Of a stretch of 64,000 nucleotides of DNA, positions 21,099 through 29,953 are shown piece after piece. Position numbers and translations under genes: made by a program. Source of the DNA: Clostridiaceae bacterium (GTDB lineage: Bacteria; Bacillota; Clostridia; Saccharofermentanales; DTU023); NCBI GenBank assembly GCA_012838795.1, contig DUOO01000003.1, forward strand, positions 69,663 through 133,662, read 5' to 3'. Below the pieces are notes generated by a model. It made no database searches and had not been told where the DNA came from. It saw only the letters and a list, made by a program, of their open reading frames with translations. Every line of letters starts with the position of its first letter. Positions within the stretch are counted from its first letter, which is position 1.

Positions 21099-22175
21099 AT
21101 GAAAAAAAGTATTTTTAAAAAAGTATTGAGCTTATTGTTAGTCAGCATTTTGATATTTGCTATGGCTGCATGCAGTAAAAAAGAAACTAAAGAAGACGAG
21201 AAAAAAGAGGACGTCAAAGAAGAATCAAAAGAAGAATTAAAGGAAGAGGAAAAAGAAGAAGAAAAGGAAGAGGAAGAGGCTTCAGATTCAAAAGAAAAAT
21301 ATCGAATAGTCTATGCTATTTGTGATAAAGAAACCACAACAGCGGTTGCTTCTGAAGAGCGCATGAAAGAACTTGAAAAAGAACACGATAATATCGAGTT
21401 TACTTATATGGCTAACAGTAATGCAGATACGAATGTAGCTATCGAAAATGCGCGTAATGTTATTACATTGAAACCGGATTTGTATATTAATTACCTGGTC
21501 AGCGCGGCAAGTGAGCGAGTCGGAGAAATGATGGCCGAAGCCGGTCAACCAATGCTTTCTGTACAATCACGTTGTGGCGATACCCCGCTCTGTGCTATTG
21601 ACAATGTCCAAATCGGTCATGATATGGCAGTGGCTCTTACCGATTATTATAAAGAAAACTGGGCAGATGAAGAAGATGTTCAAATCCTTTTTGCCAATAT
21701 GCCTGACTCAGGTCAAATGTTTGTAGACAGACAAACCGGATCTGAAGAATATTTTGCTCAGGAAATTCCGGATCTTCCACAGTCATTGATTAACGGACAC
21801 GGCAACATGGAAACAAACAGACAGATGTTCGCTGATTTCTTAACCGCTCATCCTGATTCAAAGGTTTTAGTTTGGGCTCATATTGATGAACCGGCATTCG
21901 GTATATTAGCCGCAGCTGAAGCAGCTCACAGAACAGACGATATTGTAATTGTAAGTACCGGCGGTATAGCAGATTTTTATGCGGAAATGCAAGAAGAAGG
22001 CAGCCCGTTATTAGGAACAGTGGATTATTTCCCCGATAAATGGTCTGACACAATTTTGGAAGTAGCATTGGATATGCTTGAGGGCAAAGAAGTTCCGGAT
22101 ACAACTGTACTTTATACAGAATTGGTTACATTAGAGAATCTGGCGGAATTGCGTCCTGAATATGTAATCGATTAA
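21099..22175 (+). CDS. Sugar ABC transporter substrate-binding lipoprotein (PBP type I, ribose-binding-like)
   Basis: 358-aa ORF with a signal peptide and lipobox (IFAMAAC), a Glu/Lys-rich tether, then a periplasmic-binding-protein fold. Confidence 0.8.
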   Translation: MKKSIFKKVLSLLLVSILIFAMAACSKKETKEDEKKEDVKEESKEELKEEEKEEEKEEEEASDSKEKYRIVYAICDKETTTAVASEERMKELEKEHDNIEFTYMANSNADTNVAIENARNVITLKPDLYINYLVSAASERVGEMMAEAGQPMLSVQSRCGDTPLCAIDNVQIGHDMAVALTDYYKENWADEEDVQILFANMPDSGQMFVDRQTGSEEYFAQEIPDLPQSLINGHGNMETNRQMFADFLTAHPDSKVLVWAHIDEPAFGILAAAEAAHRTDDIVIVSTGGIADFYAEMQEEGSPLLGTVDYFPDKWSDTILEVALDMLEGKEVPDTTVLYTELVTLENLAELRPEYVID

Positions 22176-22206
22176 CAGTTTCTGCCTGTGAGGAGAGGAA
22201 AACGCC

Positions 22207-23712
22207 ATGAACATAATTGAAGCGAGGAAAATTTGTAAATCATTCGGCGGTATAAGCGCAGTAAGTGACGTTGATTTTGAATTACGAAAAGGCGAGATAC
22301 ATTCAATCATCGGTGAAAACGGTGCAGGGAAATCAACTTTTATCAAAATGATTTCCGGTGATTACATTGCGGATTCCGGGACAATAACATTCGAAGGGCG
22401 GGAAGTAAAATTAACCCGCCCTGAAGATGCAACATCACTGGGGATCAGAACGATTTATCAGGAATTCAATTTGATTCCAACCATGAGTGTTGCAGAGAAT
22501 ATATTTTTGGGCGATTTACCGCTCAAAAATAAAGTTGTTTCTTGGCCGGAAATGTATCAAAAAGCTCATGACTTATTAGCCAGACTGGGTGTAAATATCG
22601 ATTCACGAAAAAATGTCAGTGAACTCACGGTTGCAGAACAACAGATGGTAGAGATATGTAAAGCACTTTCGAAAGACATGAAGGTATTGATACTTGATGA
22701 ACCGACAGCTGCACTTAACGAAAATGAAAGCCAGAAATTATTTACATTAATCAGAACATTATCATCCCAAGGGGTGAGTATTGTATATATCTCTCATTAC
22801 TTGAATGAAATAATGGATATTTCTGAAAGAATATCCGTCTTCCGTGATGGCAAAAAAGTTACCACTGTAAACAAAGAAGACACAAAAGTATCAGATTTGG
22901 TTACATATATTGTCGGTCATGAAATGGGCCATCAATATAAGGAACGACAGGTCGAGTTCGGAGCAACAATATTAGAAGTAAATTCAATTTCAAATAATTA
23001 CTTAACAGATATTACTTTTCAAGTAAAGAGTAAAGAAATAGTCGGCCTATATGGTTTGTTAGGAGCAGGTCAACTAGAGATCTGCCGCACCCTATTTGGT
23101 GATTTACCGATAAATAGTGGTGAAGTGAAAATCAACAATAAATCTGTTGCTATTTCAAGCCCGATTGAAGCAATGAAAAACGGCATCGGTCTTGTTCCTT
23201 CAGACAGAAAAAACGAAGGTTTAATGATGAATATGTCTGTAGGAGTGAATTCTACATTCAGTGGTACATATTTGCGTTCGAAACATGGAGTTATAGATTT
23301 TGCGAAAGAGAGAGAAGTTTTTGAAAAGTTAAAGCAAGATGTGCAAATTAAAACCACAGGGTACAACCAAAACATTACAGATCTTTCCGGCGGCAATCAA
23401 CAAAAAACATTGATATCGCGCTGGATGGATTATGATTCCAGTGTATTGATACTGGCAGATCCCACCCGTGGAGTAGACATAGGTGCGAAATCCGAAATAT
23501 ATGATCTTTTATATGATTTTTGTAATTTAGGTAAAGCTGTTCTGTTTATGTCATCTGATTTACCTGAAGTTTTAGGTGTTGCTGACAGACTGATTTTGTT
23601 TAGTGACGGTCGGATTCTGACTGAATGTAATTGTAATGAAGTCAGTCAGGCGGATGTGTTGAATTTATTAAATGCCAGCGAAGAACAGAGTGAAGAAACT
23701 GTTGCTTCTTAA
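22207..23712 (+). CDS. Sugar ABC transporter ATP-binding protein (tandem ABC domains, RbsA/MglA-like)
   Basis: 501-aa ORF with Walker A GENGAGKST, a degenerate second P-loop, signature LSGGNQQK and Walker B ILDEPT/ILADPT. Confidence 0.9.
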   Translation: MNIIEARKICKSFGGISAVSDVDFELRKGEIHSIIGENGAGKSTFIKMISGDYIADSGTITFEGREVKLTRPEDATSLGIRTIYQEFNLIPTMSVAENIFLGDLPLKNKVVSWPEMYQKAHDLLARLGVNIDSRKNVSELTVAEQQMVEICKALSKDMKVLILDEPTAALNENESQKLFTLIRTLSSQGVSIVYISHYLNEIMDISERISVFRDGKKVTTVNKEDTKVSDLVTYIVGHEMGHQYKERQVEFGATILEVNSISNNYLTDITFQVKSKEIVGLYGLLGAGQLEICRTLFGDLPINSGEVKINNKSVAISSPIEAMKNGIGLVPSDRKNEGLMMNMSVGVNSTFSGTYLRSKHGVIDFAKEREVFEKLKQDVQIKTTGYNQNITDLSGGNQQKTLISRWMDYDSSVLILADPTRGVDIGAKSEIYDLLYDFCNLGKAVLFMSSDLPEVLGVADRLILFSDGRILTECNCNEVSQADVLNLLNASEEQSEETVAS

Positions 23713-23729
23713 ACAGAACGGAGGACAAA

Positions 23730-24701
23730 ATGTCGAAAAAATTAGGAAATATTAAAGCAAGACTATCATCATCAGGTTCAGTGTTTGGTCTGTTTTTGGT
23801 TTATATTTTATTAGTTATTTTACTTTCATTTTTATCAAAATATTTTTTTCAATTAAGTAATTTTGCCAATATCGGAATTTCGATAAGTGTGTATGGTATT
23901 GCAGCCCTTGGTGTTACGATGATTATTTTATCCGGTGGCCTTGATATGTCAGTAGCAGGCAATATGGCATTATCGAATGTAATTTCCGTGCTGCTTTTAA
24001 CGAAAACCGATCTCAGTCCATATCTGATAATGATAGTTTGTGTCTTAGTAGGATTAATTGTAGGAATAATAAACGGTTTTTTAGTTACCGCGTTTGATCT
24101 GCATCCGACGATCGTAACGCTGGGAACTGCAGGAATAACCAGAGGTACGGCATTTGTAATATGTGGCGGCATGTCAATGATGCACGATTCAAAAGAGATT
24201 AAATTTTTAGGCTCAGGAAAAATTCTGGGTATACCGGTAAGTCTGCTGTTTTTCGTAGTACTTTTGATAATTATGTTTTTAGTGCTGAAATACACTACTT
24301 TCGGTCGTTCCGTCTATGCGATTGGCGGAAATAGAAGAGCCAGTCGTTTAGCAGGAATTTCAGTGAAGAAAACACAAATGTTAATTTTTTCTATATCAGG
24401 GATGTTAGCGGGAATTGCAGCTCTGATCCTAACCGGTACTACCGGCGGCGGAGGAGGCAATGCAGCAACCGGATGGGAGAGTGATATCATCAGTGCCGTT
24501 CTTTTGGGAGGAACCAGTATTGCAGGAGGAAAAGGTACAGTATTTGGTACCGCGCTGGGTATCTTATTTATCGGTACGTTAAATAACGGCATGTCATTAT
24601 TAGGTACAAATTCATATGTACAAATGATCTTGAGGGGCCTGGTATTAATAATTGCGGTTGTTATAGATAGTGTCAGAAACAGAAAAGCTATAGCTAAGTA
24701 A
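23730..24701 (+). CDS. Sugar ABC transporter permease (RbsC-like)
   Basis: 323-aa polytopic ORF with a Gly-rich C-terminal segment (TGTTGGGGGNAATG), as in branched-chain/monosaccharide (BPD_transp_2) permeases. Confidence 0.88.
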   Translation: MSKKLGNIKARLSSSGSVFGLFLVYILLVILLSFLSKYFFQLSNFANIGISISVYGIAALGVTMIILSGGLDMSVAGNMALSNVISVLLLTKTDLSPYLIMIVCVLVGLIVGIINGFLVTAFDLHPTIVTLGTAGITRGTAFVICGGMSMMHDSKEIKFLGSGKILGIPVSLLFFVVLLIIMFLVLKYTTFGRSVYAIGGNRRASRLAGISVKKTQMLIFSISGMLAGIAALILTGTTGGGGGNAATGWESDIISAVLLGGTSIAGGKGTVFGTALGILFIGTLNNGMSLLGTNSYVQMILRGLVLIIAVVIDSVRNRKAIAK

Positions 24702-24748
24702 ATCGATAAGTATTGAGAAACATTAATTGAAAACAAAGGAGAGTAAAA

Positions 24749-25789
24749 ATGACAAAAGACTATTTTAAAAGAGTAAGTGCCAAAACCCCGACCCGTTTTT
24801 GGATAAACAATGTAACTGAAGAGCAAGCTCGATTGGCAATAGAAGCCGGAGCAATTAATTGCACACAAAATCCGACATATCCGTCAAAAATATTAGGTAA
24901 CCCTGTGTTAGGAGAGGGACCGGATAATTTGCTTAAGAAATTGATGGAAGAAGATGCGGACAACGAATCTGTATTAACAAAATTTCAGCTTCATAGTGTA
25001 AAGAAAATTTGTGATATTTTCTTACCGGTTTTTGAAAAATCAAAAGGTAAAGAAGGGTATGTAACTATTCAATCAAGTCCGCTTGATGAATCCTTCGAAA
25101 ATATCGTAACCTGTGCTGAAATGTACAAAGATGTTGCACCGAATATTATGATAAAAATTCCTGCAACGGAATCAGGTCTGGAAGCGATACGTTATCTTTG
25201 TGAACAAGGGTATGCGGTATTAGCTACTGAAGTTATGAGTGTAGCACAAGCAATTGATGTATGTGAAATTTATGAAGAATGTTTAAAGAAAAACTCTGAC
25301 GTAAAGACTTTTGCGTTTGCGCATATTGCAGGGATATTCGATGAGGAATTGTCTGCTCAGGTAGAAGCGCAAAACATCGATGTAGACAGAGATGCTTTGT
25401 GGCAAGCAGGCATAATTGTTGCAAAAAAGATCAGACGTATGATGGATGATCGCGGATATAAAGCAGAAATGCTTTCAGGCGGTGCGAGGGGATTGCATCA
25501 CTTTACCGAGATGGTAGGTGCCCGTTCAGGCATTACCATTAATTGGCAGGGAACCGCTGACAAATTATTAGAAGCAAATGGTGTCGTGATTGATCGTTTC
25601 TCTTGTGCGCCTGCTCCGGATGTTATTGATGAATTATTAGAAAAAATCCCCGATTTTAAACGAGCATATTTACGTGACGGATTAAAAGCAGAAGAATATG
25701 AAGATTTTGCTCCGGTGCGCAGATTTAGAAATCAGTTTGAAAATGGATGGAATAAAGCATTAGATTATATTGCTGATCGAAGAAAATAA
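24749..25789 (+). CDS. Transaldolase-family (class I aldolase fold) protein
   Basis: 346-aa ORF with N-terminal TRFWINNVTEEQ...NCTQNP and the Schiff-base lysine context IMIKIPAT. Confidence 0.75.
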   Translation: MTKDYFKRVSAKTPTRFWINNVTEEQARLAIEAGAINCTQNPTYPSKILGNPVLGEGPDNLLKKLMEEDADNESVLTKFQLHSVKKICDIFLPVFEKSKGKEGYVTIQSSPLDESFENIVTCAEMYKDVAPNIMIKIPATESGLEAIRYLCEQGYAVLATEVMSVAQAIDVCEIYEECLKKNSDVKTFAFAHIAGIFDEELSAQVEAQNIDVDRDALWQAGIIVAKKIRRMMDDRGYKAEMLSGGARGLHHFTEMVGARSGITINWQGTADKLLEANGVVIDRFSCAPAPDVIDELLEKIPDFKRAYLRDGLKAEEYEDFAPVRRFRNQFENGWNKALDYIADRRK

Positions 25790-25835
25790 TAAATATTTTT
25801 TTATTAAATATCAAATATATAACAGAAAGGAATAG

Positions 25836-26954
25836 GTGAATGTTATGTCAGATAATAATGTAGTAAAAGATGACGGTAGAGGAATATTGTCCGGTACATG
25901 GGTATCAAGAGATCAGGATATTGATCGGGATCAGTGGTTAAGAGATTGTTTTCCTGAATGGGGTACATTCTTAAATCAAGAAATAGAAAACTTTGAAGTT
26001 CCGGTAGGCCAAGTAGCCTTATGGTGGTGCGGCGGTACATCATGGATTTTAAAAACTGATGCCGGCGGGATTTTCTGGATAGATCAATATTGCGGCCCGT
26101 CAATATACACAGAGCGAGTAGGAAATTGCGGTGTTTGCAGACAAGGCGGTGCTGTGAGTATCAATTGGCTGCGATTAAATGTACAAGTTATTGATCCTTG
26201 GAAATTCAACAGAGTAGACGGTGTTTTCTGTACACATATGCATCAAGATCATACGGATCTTTATGCTGTTAAAGCTGCTTTGAAAACAACAGATGCTCCA
26301 TTTTATGCGGCACCGAAAGCTGCTGAAAAATTGAGAGTGTTTAAGGTTCCGGAAGAACGTATCCATGTTGCGAGGGTGGGAGAATCCGTGCGAGTCCCGG
26401 GAGCGGAGGTAGATTTCTTAGTTTGTTATGACGACACGGCGATCAGAACTACAGCCGGTGATGAACTGTTACCATATGAAGAAGCAGCTGTATCATTGTT
26501 GTTTAAGACTTCCGGAGGAAACATTTTATTTTTAGCCGATACTTGGTATAACGACGGTTATGTAGAAGTTGCAGCTAAATATGATATAGATGTAGCTCTG
26601 TTTAATATGGGATTTAATCCTCCGGGAGCTACTGATAAAATGACACCGTATGATGCTGCCAGATTAGGTCAAACTCTCAAAGCAAAACTATTGATTCCGT
26701 ATCACTATGATAATTGGGCTAATTGTACAGGAGATCCTGCAATGCTTACTCGTCAGTTGGAGTATATCGTTTCCGATTTAACACCTGAAACAAAAACGGT
26801 GATTATGGCATGTGGCGGACGTTTCCTTTATCCCCAGGATCAAGATATTAAACGTTATAGATATCCTGATGGTAGTGAAGATTTCAAATATGAGCGTTCA
26901 GAACATTATAAACGTAGAAAAAAATATGAAGATTCTCTGAAACAGGAGAAATAA
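25836..26954 (+). CDS. UlaG-like metallo-beta-lactamase-fold hydrolase (putative phospho-sugar lactonase)
   Basis: 372-aa ORF with the HxHxDH motif (HMHQDHTD). The N-terminus (FPEWGTFLNQEIE...VALWWCGGTSWILKT) parallels E. coli UlaG. The start could be GTG 25836 or ATG 25845. Confidence 0.75.
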   Translation: MNVMSDNNVVKDDGRGILSGTWVSRDQDIDRDQWLRDCFPEWGTFLNQEIENFEVPVGQVALWWCGGTSWILKTDAGGIFWIDQYCGPSIYTERVGNCGVCRQGGAVSINWLRLNVQVIDPWKFNRVDGVFCTHMHQDHTDLYAVKAALKTTDAPFYAAPKAAEKLRVFKVPEERIHVARVGESVRVPGAEVDFLVCYDDTAIRTTAGDELLPYEEAAVSLLFKTSGGNILFLADTWYNDGYVEVAAKYDIDVALFNMGFNPPGATDKMTPYDAARLGQTLKAKLLIPYHYDNWANCTGDPAMLTRQLEYIVSDLTPETKTVIMACGGRFLYPQDQDIKRYRYPDGSEDFKYERSEHYKRRKKYEDSLKQEK

Positions 26955-26976
26955 AGGGAATATAAACCCTTTCCGG

Positions 26977-27109
26977 ACAAGTACAATGAAGCACTCACAA
27001 AACGATTATGATTTCAATTGCTGATGAAGCACCAGCATGCACGTATATGATTTTAATTGCTGATGATATTCCTCGCTAAAAGACCTACATGTGCTTCATT
27101 GTACTTTGT
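26977..27109. repeat. Inverted-repeat-bounded structured element (candidate leader RNA or MITE-like element)
   Basis: The 18-nt arm ACAAGTACAATGAAGCAC (26977-26994) pairs with GTGCTTCATTGTACTTTGT (27091-27109), with one extra T. Inside are two 21-nt direct repeats, TATGATTT[C/T]AATTGCTGATGA (27007-27027 and 27046-27066). A hairpin, TGCTG-ATGAAGCAC-CAGCA (27019-27037), carries in its loop a copy of part of the left arm. Confidence 0.6.
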
Positions 27110-27156
27110 CGTAAAAAGGATGTTGTTTTTGTTAACAACACAAGGAGTGTGAATTT

Positions 27157-28098
27157 ATGAGTAAAAAAAGAAGAGAAAAAACAATTATAACCGCTTCAAT
27201 TACAGGAGCAATTCATACGCCAAGTATGTCGCCGTATCTTCCTAAAGGGAAAGACGAGATTATTCAAAACGCTGTTGACGCGTGGAAAGCGGGAGCTGCA
27301 ATTGTACATATTCATGCGAGAAAACCTGTAACGGGGGAGCCGACTTCTGACTTGGATTACTTCAGAGAAATATTAAACGGTATTAAAGAACAGTGTAATG
27401 TAGTTATCGGGATTACTACCGGTGGCGCATTAGGAATGACCGTCGAAGAACGTTTTGCTGTTTTATCCGAATTTCAACCTGAAATGGCAACTTGTAATGC
27501 AGGGACATCCAATTTTGTTTTGTCCGAATTGACAAAAACATTCGATAAACCGCAGTTTGATTGGGAAGAGCCGTTTTTATTAAGAACATATGACAGCTTT
27601 TTCAAAAACACATTCGCTGATATAGAACATGCATTAACTTTGATGAATGAACACCGGATCAGACCGGAATTCGAGGTTTTTGATCTTGGACAAATTAATA
27701 CTGTTGCTTATTTCAGGCGTAAAGGACTTGTTAAAGATCCGATATATATTCAGTTTGTACCCGGAACATTGGGTGGAATACCGTTAAGTAACGATAATAT
27801 TACATTTATGATTAAAACGGCTCAACAGTTATTGGGTTCAGATATAAGGTACTCATTAGTAGGATCAGGACGCAGAATGTTCCGTGCAGAAACTTTCCAT
27901 GTTTTACAAGGCGGCAATGTAAGGGTCGGGATGGAAGACTCTTTATATATCAATATTCAAGGTGAACTTGCTCGCAATAATGCTGAACAAGTAACAAAAA
28001 TTAAAAGTATTTTAGAATTACTGGATTATGAAATAGCCAGTTCAGATGAAGCCAGAGAAATGTTACAGCTTAAAGGTGTGGATAAAGTCAATTTCTAG
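27157..28098 (+). CDS. Beta-keto acid cleavage enzyme family protein (BKACE, DUF849)
   Basis: 313-aa ORF. The N-terminus (IITASITGAIHTPSMSPYLPKGKDEII...AGAAIVHIHAR) is typical of 3-keto-5-aminohexanoate cleavage enzyme homologues. RBS AAGGAG lies at 27142-27147. Confidence 0.8.
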   Translation: MSKKRREKTIITASITGAIHTPSMSPYLPKGKDEIIQNAVDAWKAGAAIVHIHARKPVTGEPTSDLDYFREILNGIKEQCNVVIGITTGGALGMTVEERFAVLSEFQPEMATCNAGTSNFVLSELTKTFDKPQFDWEEPFLLRTYDSFFKNTFADIEHALTLMNEHRIRPEFEVFDLGQINTVAYFRRKGLVKDPIYIQFVPGTLGGIPLSNDNITFMIKTAQQLLGSDIRYSLVGSGRRMFRAETFHVLQGGNVRVGMEDSLYINIQGELARNNAEQVTKIKSILELLDYEIASSDEAREMLQLKGVDKVNF

Positions 28099-28126
28099 AG
28101 GGTAAGTTTATAATATAAATATAGTC

Positions 28127-28152
28127 AGCCAGTGATAAAGTTATCACTGGCT
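28127..28152. promoter_or_regulatory. Perfect 12-bp inverted repeat (hairpin or protein-binding palindrome)
   Basis: AGCCAGTGATAA (28127-28138) and TTATCACTGGCT (28141-28152) are exact reverse complements. No T-run follows, so it is not a canonical terminator. Confidence 0.5.
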
Positions 28153-28297
28153 AAATGAAGCATCAGACAGCGGTTTGTTCTATGTGAATATGAAATTTTT
28201 TTCATGGAATCCCAATAAGACGGGGATAATTTGTTCTGGAGAACAATCTCAGGTTTTATTTTTTGTGGATGTAAGCGGACAATTTAGTGAGGTTAAT

Positions 28298-28708
28298 ATG
28301 AGTTTCGTCTATTCAGAATTAAAAGTGGGTGATTCGAATAATTTTCAAAAAACAATTACAGTTGCCGATATAACATTATTTGCAGCGATATCAGGTGATT
28401 TTAATCCTATGCACGTCAGCGCACAATTTGCGAAAAAAACTCAATACAAACAAAGAATTGCACATGGAGCACTAACTTCCGGATTAATTTCCGCTGTGAT
28501 AGCAAATACTTTTCCTGCTTCTATATACATATCGCAATATGTTGAATATTTAGCACCTGTGTTTATAGATGATACCATTACAGCAATTATTGTTTGTAAA
28601 GAAAAATTAGGGAAAGGCAGAGTGAGATTACAAACAAAATGTATTAATCAAAATGATGTATTAGTTGTTGATGGCGAAGCTATTGTTAGATTAGCCAGAG
28701 ATAGATAA
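28298..28708 (+). CDS. MaoC-like (R)-specific enoyl-CoA hydratase / hot-dog fold dehydratase
   Basis: Motif FAAISGDFNPMHV...RIAHG. The ORF track starts at 28175, but ATG 28298 follows GTGAGG with good spacing and gives the usual ~136-aa size. Confidence 0.8.
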   Translation: MSFVYSELKVGDSNNFQKTITVADITLFAAISGDFNPMHVSAQFAKKTQYKQRIAHGALTSGLISAVIANTFPASIYISQYVEYLAPVFIDDTITAIIVCKEKLGKGRVRLQTKCINQNDVLVVDGEAIVRLARDR

Positions 28709-28775
28709 TTGAACAACCGGCAAAAATTTAAATTTAACTCGTGGATAATTGGTTTATTTTTTTTGAATGATAGTA

Positions 28776-28784
28776 TGGTATAAT
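28776..28784 (+). promoter_or_regulatory. Extended -10 promoter element upstream of the kinase gene
   Basis: TGGTATAAT (TGnTATAAT) about 40 nt upstream of ATG 28825. No good -35 at proper spacing. Confidence 0.35.
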
Positions 28785-28824
28785 ATATCAAAATGCAAAT
28801 AAACAATAGAAATGAGGTTTAAGC

Positions 28825-29898
28825 ATGAAATTAAAAGAAAATTGCAAGTATAATTTAGTTATCCCGACAAGTATGGGACTCAGACTAACACCTGTGGATC
28901 GGATGCCGGTACATATGAGTAATCAATATCTTATGACTTCGACCAGTGCGGAATCAAATGTAGGACAAATATCTGCTTCTTTGGGTAAAAAAGTTAAATT
29001 ACTAACTGCCTTTGTGGAAGACAATGCAATTTCTGATTTTATCAAGGGCGAATTGCGTAAACGCAATATTGACTTTGAAGGTCCTGATGTTCCAACAGGC
29101 GGACCATGGGGTTATCGCCATCACATCAATATTGCTGATAGTGGTTATGGTATGCGCGGACCTCATGTTCTCAATGACAGAGCCGGTGAAGTAGGTCGTT
29201 CTTTGAACGCGAAATATTTTGATCTCGACAGGATTTTCAAAGAAGAAGGAGCACAAATCATTCATATCTCAGGTTTGATTGCAGCTTTATCCGCAGATAC
29301 GAGTGAATTCTGTTTGGAAGTTGCAAGAGCAGCTAAAGCCAACGGTACCAAGATAGCCTTTGATTTAAATCACAGAGCATCTTTCTGGGTAGGTCGTGAG
29401 GAAGAATTACGTGCAGCTTTTGATGAAATTGCCGGCTATGCAGATATCTTGATCGGCAATGAGGAAGATTATCAATTAGCTCTGGGAATCAAAGGACCTG
29501 AAGCAGGTGGTGTCGATATTGCTGATAAGATTGACGGTTTCAAAGAAATGGTCAAACGTGTTCATGAGGCATATCCTAACTGTCAAGTATTTGCAAATAC
29601 CTTACGTGATGTAAAAAGTGCAAATGAACATGAATGGGGTGCAATCCTCTACGTCAATGATAATTTTTATGTTGTTGAGCCACGCCCGATTCCGGTACTT
29701 GACCGCATTGGTGGCGGAGACGGATTTGTTGGTGGTTTGCTTTACTCAATTCTCAGCGGTTGGGATGAAGACAAATGGGTAAAATTTGCTTGGGCAACCG
29801 GTGCTTTGGCTTCAACCTTACTCACAGACTATGCTTGTCCTGCAAATGAAGAACAAGTTTGGGCAATTTACGAAGGTAATGCTCGAGTAAAACGATGA
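28825..29898 (+). CDS. PfkB-family sugar-acid kinase, 2-dehydro-3-deoxygluconokinase (KdgK)-like
   Basis: 357-aa ORF with N-terminal SMGLRLTP...SAESNVGQISASLG, ATP/anion-hole motif GGGDGFVGGLLY and NEEDY. Confidence 0.8.
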   Translation: MKLKENCKYNLVIPTSMGLRLTPVDRMPVHMSNQYLMTSTSAESNVGQISASLGKKVKLLTAFVEDNAISDFIKGELRKRNIDFEGPDVPTGGPWGYRHHINIADSGYGMRGPHVLNDRAGEVGRSLNAKYFDLDRIFKEEGAQIIHISGLIAALSADTSEFCLEVARAAKANGTKIAFDLNHRASFWVGREEELRAAFDEIAGYADILIGNEEDYQLALGIKGPEAGGVDIADKIDGFKEMVKRVHEAYPNCQVFANTLRDVKSANEHEWGAILYVNDNFYVVEPRPIPVLDRIGGGDGFVGGLLYSILSGWDEDKWVKFAWATGALASTLLTDYACPANEEQVWAIYEGNARVKR

Positions 29899-29953
29899 CA
29901 AATTTCGATAGCACTGTTTGTCGGAGGATGACTCTGTATGAAAGAGGTGAAGA

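Noticed and set aside
21177-21299. Purine-rich GAA/AAG/GAG tract that looks like a tandem repeat.
   Set aside because: It is in frame within the binding-protein gene and encodes a Glu/Lys-rich tether just after the lipobox. This is a common feature of Gram-positive lipoprotein binding proteins, not a non-coding repeat or CRISPR.
24314-24868. 184-aa minus-strand ORF spanning the end of the permease gene, the spacer and the start of the transaldolase gene.
   Set aside because: It is the antisense image of the Gly-rich permease C-terminus, which gives the PPPPP and AAIPA runs. It would run head-on through a tightly packed operon, and I see no start-site signals.
26953-26972. Small hairpin AAAGGG/CCCTTT overlapping the stop codon of the UlaG-like gene, considered as a terminator.
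   Set aside because: It has only a 6-bp stem and no T-run, and the operon appears to continue into the BKACE gene.
28175-28297. 41-codon N-terminal extension of the MaoC ORF given in the track.
   Set aside because: The extension has no similarity to hot-dog proteins and lacks an RBS. ATG 28298 has GTGAGG upstream and gives the typical domain size.
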